Shown in pieces: positions 10,228 through 19,774 of a stretch of DNA of 64,000 bases (its first letter is position 1; each line of letters opens with the position of its first letter). The position numbers were made by a program, and so were the translations under genes. The notes under the pieces are model-generated. The model searched no databases, was not told the DNA's origin, and was given only the letters and a program-made list of their open reading frames with translations. Source of the stretch: Chloroflexota bacterium (GTDB taxonomy: Bacteria; Chloroflexota; Dehalococcoidia; Lucifugimonadales; JADFKI01); NCBI GenBank assembly GCA_027623195.1, contig JAQBUT010000001.1, positions 126,752 through 190,751 of the forward strand, in the 5' to 3' direction.

Positions 10228-11208
10228 TTAAAGCGTTCGAATTTTGCCCAGTACTTCAGAGTTTACCACCCGTTGGGGGTCGCCGTTCATGAAGCCCCTA
10301 ACGTTATCTAACGTATCGCCGTAGAACAGCTTGTACGTTTCCTCCGTTACGTAGCCCATGTGGGGAGTAATCAGCGCGTTGTCGAGACCCAGCAGTGGAT
10401 GGTCCGAAGGCATAGGCTCCACCTCGAACACGTCGACGCCGGCTCCGGCAATGACTTTGCGCTTTAGAGCGTCGATGAGCGCAGCCTCGTCCACAATAGG
10501 CCCTCTAGAGGTGTTGACCAGGTAAGCCGTCGGTTTCATCCGAGCCAGGTCTTCCGCCTGCACCAGCCCCCTTGTCCTATCGCTGAGTTGCAGGTGTATG
10601 CTGACGACATCCGCTCGAGAGAACAGCTCTTCCTTGCTGACCAGCGTAGCGCCACATTCTTGCGCCCGCTCACCGGTCAGGTTCTGGCTCCAGGCGATTA
10701 TATTCATGTGGAAAGCTCGTGCCACCTCCGCCGCCTGTCCGCCGATCCGGCCTAGTCCCAACAGGCCCAGCGTTCGTCCTTCCAGACCTTCGCCCAGGGT
10801 CTGCTGCCAAACGCCAGCTTTGGTAGCGGCGTACTCCTGCGGAATCTTGCGTAACAGGCCGAGTATTAAGCCCCAGGTAAGCTCCATAGTAGCTCGGGGA
10901 GACCCGCCCGTGCCGCAAACGGCGATGCCCAGGTCCGTGGCTGCCTGCATATCAATCGAGGCGTTGCGAGCCCCAGCTGTGCCAAGCATCTTCAGGTTAG
11001 GCAGGCGCTCAAGAAGTGTTTTAGGGAAGGGCGTGCGCTCCCTGAGTGCCATGACGAAGTCAAAGTCCTTCAGCCTTTCGGCCACTGCGCTCTCGTCGAA
11101 CAGGTGGTCATGGAAGGCCTCGACAGTGCAGCCATCTGGCAATGTGGACCAGTCGGCCGACTCCATGGCAACGCTCTGGTAATCGTCTAGCAGTGCTAGT
11201 TTTGACAT
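10228..11208 (-). CDS. D-2-hydroxyacid dehydrogenase family protein
   Basis: LDDYQ, RERT, GLGRIG, NTSRG, TPHMGY. Confidence 0.92.
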   Translation of the reverse strand: MSKLALLDDYQSVAMESADWSTLPDGCTVEAFHDHLFDESAVAERLKDFDFVMALRERTPFPKTLLERLPNLKMLGTAGARNASIDMQAATDLGIAVCGTGGSPRATMELTWGLILGLLRKIPQEYAATKAGVWQQTLGEGLEGRTLGLLGLGRIGGQAAEVARAFHMNIIAWSQNLTGERAQECGATLVSKEELFSRADVVSIHLQLSDRTRGLVQAEDLARMKPTAYLVNTSRGPIVDEAALIDALKRKVIAGAGVDVFEVEPMPSDHPLLGLDNALITPHMGYVTEETYKLFYGDTLDNVRGFMNGDPQRVVNSEVLGKIRTL

Positions 11209-11344
11209 GTCGCCTCCGATTAAATCATTTCAAAATTGGTCGGATAGTTCGCGAAAATACAGATTGCAATCTGGGGCTATCGGGCGGGTTTCGCCCAGGG
11301 AGCAAACATAATCAGTAATTACAGTCGTACTTTGCTGCCTTCGG

Positions 11345-12025
11345 CTATACCGCCGGTGGGAGAACCTCATGAATCCACGGCACCAGGTCGTCCAGAACGT
11401 CCTGGGATATCTCGTGACCCATGCCGTACTCCTTGTATACCGACGTGTACCCCTCTGACTCCAGGAAGCTATGCGATGATCGAGCATCCGTAATGCCTAT
11501 CATGTGATCCGAGGTGCCGTGAGCAACGAACACCGCCTGCGATCTGTCTTCGGGTAGCATCTCACGCAGCAGGTCCATGTCTGGAGCGAGGCCGCTCAAA
11601 ATGACCAGTCCTTTAAAAAGATCGGGGCTGGTCAGGCCGTAGCGGTAGGTCATCATTCCGCCTTGGGAGAACCCTCCCAGCACAATCCTGCCGGCCTCTG
11701 TCTTGTACGCCCTTGTTACCTCTTCCACCAGCACCGAAAGTTTTTCCACCGACAACTCTATGTCCTCGGCTTCCCGTTCATCTCGGGGAGGTGTCCACGC
11801 ATACCCATTCATGCCGTTGCCTATCTCAACGGTTATGGGCGCATTCGGGCAGATGTAGATGTACCCTTCCGAGTTTATAGCAGGACACAGGCCTGCCAGA
11901 TCTCGCATGCTGGCCCCGTAGCCATGCAGGAGAATTATCATGGGGTATCTCAAAGTGGCGTCATAGCCATCTGGCTCTATGGCCAGATATTGGAGCGTTT
12001 TTCCTTCAAATTGTTTGGCTTCCAA
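11345..12025 (-). CDS. Phospholipase/carboxylesterase (alpha/beta hydrolase)
   Basis: LLHGYG, GFSQGG, HGTSD, MGHEI. Confidence 0.9.
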   Translation of the reverse strand: MEAKQFEGKTLQYLAIEPDGYDATLRYPMIILLHGYGASMRDLAGLCPAINSEGYIYICPNAPITVEIGNGMNGYAWTPPRDEREAEDIELSVEKLSVLVEEVTRAYKTEAGRIVLGGFSQGGMMTYRYGLTSPDLFKGLVILSGLAPDMDLLREMLPEDRSQAVFVAHGTSDHMIGITDARSSHSFLESEGYTSVYKEYGMGHEISQDVLDDLVPWIHEVLPPAV

Positions 12026-12082
12026 GTTCGGATTATCTCCCTAACTCTCGTCGTCTCTTAATCGTATACGTTTATGATTTAA

Positions 12083-12700
12083 TTAGCCCTGGCCCGGATC
12101 ATAGTTGGGCCGAGTCAACTCATAGGTGTCCGAGGTGCTGCAATACATGTTACCTGCCAGCCTACCGACGGCTTTGAGCTTCTGCTGATCGATGCGGTGG
12201 CCGTTGATAATATCATCTCGAATGTGGAGCAGGACTACCTCCGCTATTACCAACCCATGAGAGTTGTCTCCATCGCCGATTTCCACGACCTGGTTGAGCC
12301 TGCATTCCATGCTTACGGGGGACTCCGCGACACGAGGCGACTTCACCGTATCAGAGGGTAGGGCGGTTAACCCGGCGATCTCGAACTCGTCAACGTCTGC
12401 GGGATACTCAGCCGCGGTGCTATTCATGGCTTCGGCCAGGTCGTCGGAAACGATGTTGACGACGAATTCGCCAGTAGCCTCGATGTTGGCCAACGTGTCC
12501 TTTTCCTTCCAACCCGCATGCCTAGCCGCGCTAAAAACGATAGTGGGAGGGGCGTAAGAAACTGCGTTGAAAAAGGAGAACGGCGCGAGGTTAACTATTC
12601 CATCTGCCGAGATGCTTGAGACAAAGGCGATGGGCCTGGGCACGATCACGCCGGTGAGTACCCGATTAAAGTTTTCAAAGGTGTTGGGATTTATCTTCAA
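12083..12700 (-). CDS. Flavin reductase-like FMN-binding protein
   Basis: PRPIAFVS, NLAPFSFF, KDTLANI, VGRLAG; start moved to TTG at 12700, which follows a GGAG RBS. Confidence 0.9.
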   Translation of the reverse strand: MKINPNTFENFNRVLTGVIVPRPIAFVSSISADGIVNLAPFSFFNAVSYAPPTIVFSAARHAGWKEKDTLANIEATGEFVVNIVSDDLAEAMNSTAAEYPADVDEFEIAGLTALPSDTVKSPRVAESPVSMECRLNQVVEIGDGDNSHGLVIAEVVLLHIRDDIINGHRIDQQKLKAVGRLAGNMYCSTSDTYELTRPNYDPGQG

Positions 12701-12908
12701 ATGGTCGCTCCAAGTGCCCAGGTTTAGACCTACGAGTGAACAGGCACAAGGGTAATACTGCGCGTCATTATTGGCAAGTACGTGGCTTGAACTGCGGCAC
12801 ACCTTCATTTAGAATCGATTCGTTCATGTATCATTAAGGTACATTTTTCACCACGGGCGAGACCTCGAAGGCGAGTTGCCCGAATGCCAAATCTCAAATG
12901 AGGTAACG

Positions 12909-13697
12909 ATGAGCAAATTCGTCGAAATGCTGGAAAAAACCCGGGATATGACTCCCGAGCCGATGGGCTTTGGCGCAGCAAGACACTCCAAGAGAAATCC
13001 GTCGATTGTGCTGATAGGACAGGCCAGCGCCGATGACCTGGAAAAGAACGCCAAGTTGGCAGATGCGCAAGCAGACGCCATATTGCTGACGGTGGCTACA
13101 TCCAATGAAAAAGCTTTGGAAAACGCCAGCACTGTGCTGAAGGACAAGCTGTGGGGGGTACGCGTCGGGTCGGTGACCGAGCAGCAGGCGGCCAGCCTGA
13201 AGGAAAAAGGTTGCGACTTCATAGTTTTCGATCCGGAAAACACGGAAGCTGCGGTGTTAAACGACGAGGTCCTGGGCAAAATAATCGCTGTCAACTCCGA
13301 AATAGATGAGGACACGGGCCAGGCACTGCACCTCCTGTCCATTGACTGCGCCATGTTTACCTCGGACGAAAGCCTGACGCCTCTGACTGTCCAAAGGCTT
13401 TTGGACATTGAGATTGTGAGGGGCATCGTAGGCAAAATGTTCATCATGTCGGCGCCTGCTGACCTTGGCAAGTCGGAGCTGGAGGCGTTGCGCAACGGCG
13501 GCGTCGCAGGGCTGGTGGTGAATTTATCCGCTGCGGAAGACATCGCCAATACCAAGAAAACAATCGACTCGCTGCCACGCAGACCGGATCGTGGACGTGG
13601 CGGTCTTATGGCACAGGCGCCTACCGCTGGATTCGGGGCCTTTGCGTCGGCCAACGCGCCCGATGAAGAAGAGGACGATGAAGACGACGAGGAGTAA
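12909..13697 (+). CDS. Conserved hypothetical protein (possible degenerate TIM barrel) with acidic tail
   Basis: ATG after GAGGT RBS; alternating beta/alpha pattern; followed by a terminator. Confidence 0.75.
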   Translation: MSKFVEMLEKTRDMTPEPMGFGAARHSKRNPSIVLIGQASADDLEKNAKLADAQADAILLTVATSNEKALENASTVLKDKLWGVRVGSVTEQQAASLKEKGCDFIVFDPENTEAAVLNDEVLGKIIAVNSEIDEDTGQALHLLSIDCAMFTSDESLTPLTVQRLLDIEIVRGIVGKMFIMSAPADLGKSELEALRNGGVAGLVVNLSAAEDIANTKKTIDSLPRRPDRGRGGLMAQAPTAGFGAFASANAPDEEEDDEDDEE

Positions 13698-13728
13698 CCT
13701 CAGGACTACGTTAGCTGGCTAAAACAGG

Positions 13729-13767
13729 ATCGGCGGTGCCCAATTTAGACACCGCCGATTTTATTTT
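13729..13767 (+). terminator. Intrinsic terminator
   Basis: ATCGGCGGTG...CACCGCCGAT stem followed by TTTATTTT. Confidence 0.75.
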
Positions 13768-13798
13768 ACGAATATGCCTTCGCGTCCGTTGAGCATCG

Positions 13799-14530
13799 TT
13801 AGCGCCCCACTGTCAGTCGTTCAATGAGACGGTCCGGTAGTTTATGCAGGCGCATTTTTTCTTGAGTGGCGGGAATGTCGTAGGCCACTCGATGATGCAC
13901 GATTGTGGACATTTCAGAATCGTATATTGCGTAGCTGGCATTTGGGTTGCCATCCCTTGGCTGGCCAACAGACCCAGGGTTAATAATCATCCTGTCCTTG
14001 GTCAGAGCGATTGCGGCGTCCAACGGGAAGTCCACAAATGAGGCGCCACCCTCTGTGGGGCGGCAAAGGAACGGTATGTGGGAATGTCCCAAAAGGCACC
14101 AGTAAGAATCAAAGTGCATGAAGCTGGCCACCGCAGCCTGTTCTGAGATTACATACTCCCATACTGGATCGCGAGGGCTGCCGTGCACCAGCGTGAACTC
14201 ATCTAGCTCGAGCCTCAGCGCTTGTCCCTCAATGAACGATACGTCAGCAGTGGACAACTGGTCCGTTGTCCAAAGATTTGCTGCAGCCGCGACCGGGTTG
14301 AAAGCGCCCAACTCCAACTTGCCAATGGCCGCAAGATCGTGATTGCCTGCCACGGCCTGGTGAGGTCTGCTCCTCAAGAGGTCAATAACCGCAGCCGGGT
14401 CGGGGCCGTAGCCTACAAGATCACCCAGCGACCATATTTCGTCGACGTTGCCACGGGCCTCCGCGTCGGCAATAACGCTTTGAAAGGCTTCCAGATTGCT
14501 GTGCACGTCGGAAACGATCAGGGCCCGCAA
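13799..14530 (-). CDS. Metallophosphoesterase (calcineurin-like)
   Basis: SDVHSN, GDLVGYG, GNHD, HGSP, GHSH, NPGSVGQPRD; real start is probably TTG at 14530. Confidence 0.92.
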   Translation of the reverse strand: MRALIVSDVHSNLEAFQSVIADAEARGNVDEIWSLGDLVGYGPDPAAVIDLLRSRPHQAVAGNHDLAAIGKLELGAFNPVAAAANLWTTDQLSTADVSFIEGQALRLELDEFTLVHGSPRDPVWEYVISEQAAVASFMHFDSYWCLLGHSHIPFLCRPTEGGASFVDFPLDAAIALTKDRMIINPGSVGQPRDGNPNASYAIYDSEMSTIVHHRVAYDIPATQEKMRLHKLPDRLIERLTVGR

Positions 14531-14691
14531 ATTCCACCGCCGGTATGTTGTTATGGGGTTGAAATGGTGGCGTCGTACCCAGACGCCCGTTATACTTGGG
14601 GTGCTCGCGAGGCAGGGCCACCAATGCGACCGATATGATACAACGATGTGCCATTTTTTAATATGCGAACCCGTAATTTTGAGCCGGTGAG

Positions 14692-15174
14692 TTGGAGAGT
14701 CACGACAAGAGCAATAGCATAGACGTGAACTCCGATGGCCCCGAAGATACACAGGCCATCGGTCGTGTTTTAGGGGAGTCGGCAGAGCCAGGCGACGTAT
14801 TTTTGCTGGTTGGCGACCTAGGGGCGGGCAAGACCTGCCTGACGCAGGGCATACTGTTCGGACTTGGCTCAGACGAGTTCGCGCGGAGCCCCACCTTCGT
14901 CCTCGTATCACAGTACTCCGGTCGCCTTACCATGTACCACATGGACCTGTACCGGCTGAACAGCTTCTCTGAGGTGCTGGACCTGGGATTGGACGAGTAT
15001 CTGTTCGGCGATGGCGTGAGCGTGGTCGAATGGGCTGACAAGGCAGCGGGGGCCTTCCCGGAAAGCCACATGCTGGTTGAAATAGAATATACGGGCGAAG
15101 AGAGCAGACGCCTGAGACTTACCGCCCATGGAGACCGCTACCTGCAAATACTATCGGCCATAAATGCGCGCTAA
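14692..15174 (+). CDS. tsaE: tRNA t6A biosynthesis ATPase TsaE
   Basis: GDLGAGKT, SPTF, HMDLYRL, VEWA. Confidence 0.95.
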   Translation: MESHDKSNSIDVNSDGPEDTQAIGRVLGESAEPGDVFLLVGDLGAGKTCLTQGILFGLGSDEFARSPTFVLVSQYSGRLTMYHMDLYRLNSFSEVLDLGLDEYLFGDGVSVVEWADKAAGAFPESHMLVEIEYTGEESRRLRLTAHGDRYLQILSAINAR

Positions 15175-15264
15175 TATTTGAAAAAGTAGTTCAAGCAAAC
15201 GAGGGCTTTACGTTCAGGTCCTGCGAAGAACGCACTAGCCTGACAAGTCCACCATCTAAAACAT

Positions 15265-15948
15265 ATGGAACTTTCAATTGACACATCGACACGGTACGCA
15301 TCGGTCGCCATCTCCCGACAGGGAGGGACGGTTGCCGAGCTAACGTGGCGCTCGGAGCGAAACCACTCGGTTGAGCTTGTGCCTGCAATCCGCGAGCTGC
15401 TGGCACGCACGGGCGTGGAAACGAAGAGCCTGGAGGCCATGTTCGTCGCCAGAGGCCCCGGCGGGTTCAGCGCGCTCCGGGTCGGTATGAGTACGGCAAA
15501 GGCCATGGCAGTCTCCCTGGGCATACCGCTGGTAGCCGTTGGAACGCTGGACTTGGAAGTGGCTCCCTACCTGGGTCTGGGATATCCTGTCTGCGGCGTC
15601 ATTGAGGCAGGGCGGACACGGGTATACGTTGGTGAGTACATGGGAGGAAATGATCCCGTCTACAACGTGGTAAACACTGAAGAGTTCTTGCCGAAAGCCA
15701 AGGCGGGTTTCCTATATTGCGGTGAGGCTATACACGAGCTTGACCCGGAACTGAGGAAACGTCTGGGGAGCGGCTTTCTCGTGGCAGACGTTCCTCCGCC
15801 CACCCGGCGGGCAGGGGCGATGGCTACATTGGGCTATCGTAAGTTGCAGGCTGGCGAAGTGGAGGACGCTCTCTCGGCAGAGCCATTTTACCTTCGAAGC
15901 TCGCAGGTGGACATGGCGAAAAGCAACCAGTCAAAAACAAACAAATAG
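15265..15948 (+). CDS. tsaB: tRNA t6A biosynthesis protein TsaB
   Basis: IDTST, HSVEL, GPGGFSALRVG, EPFYLR; adjacent to tsaE. Confidence 0.93.
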   Translation: MELSIDTSTRYASVAISRQGGTVAELTWRSERNHSVELVPAIRELLARTGVETKSLEAMFVARGPGGFSALRVGMSTAKAMAVSLGIPLVAVGTLDLEVAPYLGLGYPVCGVIEAGRTRVYVGEYMGGNDPVYNVVNTEEFLPKAKAGFLYCGEAIHELDPELRKRLGSGFLVADVPPPTRRAGAMATLGYRKLQAGEVEDALSAEPFYLRSSQVDMAKSNQSKTNK

Positions 15949-15984
15949 AAAACTTATCTAAATAATTCAAGGAGTAATTTCGGA

Positions 15985-16437
15985 ATGGAACGAACTCTGG
16001 TGCTACTTAAGCCCGACTCGATTCAACGCGGCCTGGCCGGAGAGGTAATTTCGAGGCTAGAGCGACGCGGCCTAAAATTTGTGGCGATGAAGTTGATGAA
16101 AGTTTCAGATGAGCTGGCGAATCGTCATTACGGGGAGCACGCCGGCAAGCCATTTTTCGACGGCCTGGTGAAGTTCATTACGTCCTCGCCAATCGTGGCC
16201 ATGGTGGTGGAAGGCGAGAGCGCCGTCGAGGTTGTGCGGAACACTATGGGTACTACCAATCCCATTCAGGCAGGACCTGGCACCATTCGGGGAGACCTTG
16301 GACTGACTATTGGTATGAACCTCATCCATGGGTCAGATTCACCCGAGTCGGCCAAAAAGGAGATCGACACTTTCTTTAAGCCGGAGGAGATTGTCGATTA
16401 CACCAGGAACATCGATGCCTGGATTATTGAAGCCTGA
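15985..16437 (+). CDS. ndk: Nucleoside diphosphate kinase
   Basis: [25 protein letters not shown]. Confidence 0.97.
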   Translation: MERTLVLLKPDSIQRGLAGEVISRLERRGLKFVAMKLMKVSDELANRHYGEHAGKPFFDGLVKFITSSPIVAMVVEGESAVEVVRNTMGTTNPIQAGPGTIRGDLGLTIGMNLIHGSDSPESAKKEIDTFFKPEEIVDYTRNIDAWIIEA

Positions 16438-16786
16438 CTATCTCGGTCGCGTCATGCCAGACCGACTCCAGGTCGTAGAACTCTCGCATCTCCGGGCCGA
16501 AGATATGAACAATTACATCGCCGAAGTCCAGGAGCATCCATCCGGACTGGGGTGTGCCCTCCCGGTGATGCTTAAACGAGCCTCTGCGTTCAAGCTCGTG
16601 CTCCAGATCCTCGGCCAGGCTGTTTAGCTGCCGGGTTGAGTCCGTGCTTATTATGACGAAGTAGTCGCAAAAATCGCTTACTTCATGAATATCCAGCAAC
16701 AGAACGTCCGAGGCCAGCTTGTCGGAAGCGTATTCTACGGCTATGTGGGCATAGTCCAAGGATTGCAGCACTGTTTTTTCTACCAT
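16424..16786 (-). CDS. rsfS: Ribosome silencing factor RsfS
   Basis: [29 protein letters not shown]. Confidence 0.95.
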   Translation of the reverse strand: MVEKTVLQSLDYAHIAVEYASDKLASDVLLLDIHEVSDFCDYFVIISTDSTRQLNSLAEDLEHELERRGSFKHHREGTPQSGWMLLDFGDVIVHIFGPEMREFYDLESVWHDATEIVRLQ

Positions 16787-16935
16787 AGACGTATTATAGG
16801 TATCATCCGGAATCAGGTCAACGAATCTCGAACCTGCAAGCCGTTATAATGAGTATTGTCAGCTTTTAATGCCGCCCGATGACTGGACAAAGAACTCCAT
16901 TGAGCAGCCAAGAAGTGATGTGTTAGGCTTTTTAT

Positions 16936-18057
16936 ATGAGTAAAGGTAGGGTTGTTGTAGCTATGAGCGGAGGGGTAGATTCCTCCGTGGCAGCTGCGTT
17001 GCTAAAGGATGAAGGATACGAGGTCATCGGCGTTACGATGCGCCTGTGGTCGGAAGAGGACAGCAACGCCGCTCCGCTTAGCAAACGCTGTTGTTCTGTG
17101 GAAGACGTTAACGACGCCCGACGCGTTTGCGACGCGATTGGTGCAAGGCATTACTTCTTCAACTTTGAGCGCGAGTTCCAGAAGCATGTGGTCGACTACT
17201 TCGTGCGAGAGTACGAACGTGGTCGCACGCCTCACCCTTGCCTGGCCTGCAACGACAAGATGAAGTTCGACTTCCTGTTGCGCCGTGCAACCCTCATGGA
17301 CGCCGACTACATCGCCACGGGCCATTACGCACGCATTCGGCACGACGCGAATGGCTACGGCCTGTTGAAGGGTGTGGACGCCGGTAAGGACCAGTCGTAC
17401 GTCCTATTTACGCTGACCCAGGCGGAGTTGGGACGATTGCTGCTTCCAGTCGGGGACTACCCAAAACAGCGCATACGAGAGTTGGCTTCTGAGGCCGGAT
17501 TGGCCGTTGCCGACAAGCCGGATAGCCAGGAGATATGCTTTATTCCCGACGGCGACTATCGCAAGTTTGTGGGAGAGCGGGCCAAGCCCAAGCCGGGTGA
17601 CCTGGTGGACCGGACCGGCAATGTTTTGGGAACTCATGCAGGCATCCAGTTCTTCACGGTTGGACAACGACGGGGATTGGGCCTCAAAGGCAATACGGGT
17701 GAGCCCCTGTTCGTTACCAGCATAAATGCTAACAACAACCAGGTGACTCTAGGCGCTCATGAAGACCTCATGCGCAGGGATCTCTGGGCATCCAGAGTTA
17801 ACTTCCCTGGCGGAACGGCACCTGACGGCCCAACAGAGGTCACGGCGAAGATACGTTATCGCGCCAATGACGCTCCGGCCACGATGAACCCCATGATCTG
17901 CGATGGCGAGGACTGGGCCGAGATCACCTTCCACGAGCCACAGAGAGCAGTCACGCCAGGCCAGGCGGTCGTCTTCTACCAGGGGGATCAGGTTTTGGGC
18001 GGCGGCATTATCGAGACTCAGGCGCCAATGCCAGCTACAACACTTTCGGAGGCTTAA
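16936..18057 (+). CDS. mnmA: tRNA 2-thiouridine(34) synthase MnmA
   Basis: SGGVDS, TPHPCLACN, ATGHY, KDQSY, DSQEICF, TVGQRRG, TPGQ. Confidence 0.97.
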   Translation: MSKGRVVVAMSGGVDSSVAAALLKDEGYEVIGVTMRLWSEEDSNAAPLSKRCCSVEDVNDARRVCDAIGARHYFFNFEREFQKHVVDYFVREYERGRTPHPCLACNDKMKFDFLLRRATLMDADYIATGHYARIRHDANGYGLLKGVDAGKDQSYVLFTLTQAELGRLLLPVGDYPKQRIRELASEAGLAVADKPDSQEICFIPDGDYRKFVGERAKPKPGDLVDRTGNVLGTHAGIQFFTVGQRRGLGLKGNTGEPLFVTSINANNNQVTLGAHEDLMRRDLWASRVNFPGGTAPDGPTEVTAKIRYRANDAPATMNPMICDGEDWAEITFHEPQRAVTPGQAVVFYQGDQVLGGGIIETQAPMPATTLSEA

Positions 18058-18059
18058 TC

Positions 18060-18572
18060 ATGGATTTTCGTAACGTCGTGGAGCTGGCCCTGGACGAGTA
18101 CATGCAGGACCTCCTAAAGGCATTGGACGGGCTGACTTCAGATGAGCGCCGGTACCAACCCGGCCCAGAGTCTAATCACATCGATTACACCGTATGGCAC
18201 ATGGCGCGGGTTGAAGATGGATGGATGAACCGAGGCATACGACGCGGCCCCCAAGTGTGGGACCGCGATGGGTGGGCCGCAAAGCTGGGACTGCCGGAGA
18301 GTGACAGCGGCTTCGGTTACACCGCAGAGCAGGTAACAGCCTTCCCTGCTTTCGACCTGGACGAGCTCATGAACTATTACAGGGCAGTTCGTGCAGATGC
18401 GTTGGAGCTAATTCAAAGCTTTTCGGACGAAGACCTGGAGAGGGCTCCCAATCCGGAACGCAACCCCGAAAACACAATTGCGAAAATTCTGAGCCACGTG
18501 CTTATTGAAGAGGCCGAGCATGTGGGGCAGGTAGCCTACATAAGAGGGTTACAACGCGGTCTGAGCAAATGA
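18060..18572 (+). CDS. DinB/DUF664 family protein
   Basis: WHMARVED and HxxxExxEHxGQ helical-bundle metal motif. Confidence 0.85.
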   Translation: MDFRNVVELALDEYMQDLLKALDGLTSDERRYQPGPESNHIDYTVWHMARVEDGWMNRGIRRGPQVWDRDGWAAKLGLPESDSGFGYTAEQVTAFPAFDLDELMNYYRAVRADALELIQSFSDEDLERAPNPERNPENTIAKILSHVLIEEAEHVGQVAYIRGLQRGLSK

Positions 18573-18578
18573 TAGTAT

Positions 18579-18609
18579 GAGGGCGGTTTCAACAGCCGCC
18601 CTTCTTTTT
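18579..18609 (+). terminator. Intrinsic terminator
   Basis: GAGGGCGGTT-loop-AGCCGCCCTT followed by CTTTTT. Confidence 0.65.
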
Positions 18610-18644
18610 GCCCCAGGTATCGCAGGAGGCCCTCCAAAGCTCTC

Positions 18645-19319
18645 ATGGTAAGAAGATCCCCAATACCCCTGAAGAAGAACAGCCCCACTTACAAAGAAGA
18701 GGCTTCACTTCTGGGCCAAGGCTACTCGCTCATTGCCGGGTTAGATGAGGTCGGAAGGGGTCCGCTGGCAGGACCAGTCGTGGCAGGGGTGGCCATCCTG
18801 GCCCCCAATCCCAGAGGCAAATGGCTTGGGCTAATCCGCGACAGCAAGCAACTCTCCGCCGCACAGCGCGAGGTCGCTCTGGACCATCTACGCGAACATG
18901 CCCTGGCACTGGAAGTCGGCGTTTGCAGTTCCACAGAGGTCGACAGCATCGGTATCGCCCCAGCAACAAGATTGGCCATGTCCCGCGCGCTGGATGCTTT
19001 GCATCTGAATCCACAGTTTCTACTGCTGGATGCCTTTCCGCTGCCTGAGGTTGCCTTGCCGCAGAAGGCTATCGTTGGCGGCGATTCGCTTTGCTACTCC
19101 ATCGCGGCCGCATCCATCGTTGCCAAAGTAACCCGTGACCGCATGATGACGCAGGCTGACGAGGTATACCCCGGCTATGGTTTCGCCAGGCACAAGGGCT
19201 ACGGGACCAGGGCACACTTCGATAGTTTGAAAAGTCTAGGCCCATGCAAGATTCACCGCTTCTCCTTCGCGCCCATCAAATACATGAAGGGCAAGACGAT
19301 GGCAGGAGCAGCGACGTGA
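18645..19319 (+). CDS. rnhB: Ribonuclease HII
   Basis: GLDEVGRGPLAGPV, DSKQL, SIAAASIVAKV, HKGYGT, HRFSF. Confidence 0.96.
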   Translation: MVRRSPIPLKKNSPTYKEEASLLGQGYSLIAGLDEVGRGPLAGPVVAGVAILAPNPRGKWLGLIRDSKQLSAAQREVALDHLREHALALEVGVCSSTEVDSIGIAPATRLAMSRALDALHLNPQFLLLDAFPLPEVALPQKAIVGGDSLCYSIAAASIVAKVTRDRMMTQADEVYPGYGFARHKGYGTRAHFDSLKSLGPCKIHRFSFAPIKYMKGKTMAGAAT

Positions 19320-19681
19320 ATGCGCGCCAAAGGACGGGACGACTAGGAGAGGAGTTGGCGCGGCGACACCTGGAATCGCTTGGGTTCCACATCCTGGCTA
19401 CCAACCAACGTTGTCCCTCCGGCGAGATCGACATCATCACCGAGCAAGGCCAGACTTTGGCCTTCGTAGAGGTCCGCACCCGTCGTGGCAACTCCCAGGG
19501 AAGCCCTGAGGAGTCCATAACCCCTCGTAAGCAGGCCCACATGGTCGCCACAGCCCAGGAATACCTGCAGGCCAACGCTATGGAGGACCGCCAGTGGCGC
19601 ATCGACGTGGTGGCAGTGGAGCTTGACCACAGGGACGGCCTCGTGCGACTGGACGTCATCGAAAACGCCGTAGAGATGTGA
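19316..19681 (+). CDS. yraN: YraN family (UPF0102) endonuclease-like protein
   Basis: GEIDII, FVEVRTR, RIDVV; GTG start overlaps the rnhB stop (GTGA). Confidence 0.9.
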   Translation: MNARQRTGRLGEELARRHLESLGFHILATNQRCPSGEIDIITEQGQTLAFVEVRTRRGNSQGSPEESITPRKQAHMVATAQEYLQANAMEDRQWRIDVVAVELDHRDGLVRLDVIENAVEM

Positions 19682-19774
19682 CCACGCCCGGATAATTGAT
19701 AGTGGTCACGCCCGCAGCCGCTCCGTGATAAAATCTACCCTCGAATCATGTGTTAAGTAGGTGCTCTTCGTACC

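Noticed and set aside
14531..14911. Long N-terminal extension of the metallophosphoesterase ORF
   Set aside because: Overlaps tsaE on the opposite strand; the domain starts at TTG 14530
19682..19774. TPP riboswitch upstream of thiE
   Set aside because: No CUGAGA or other TPP aptamer core visible
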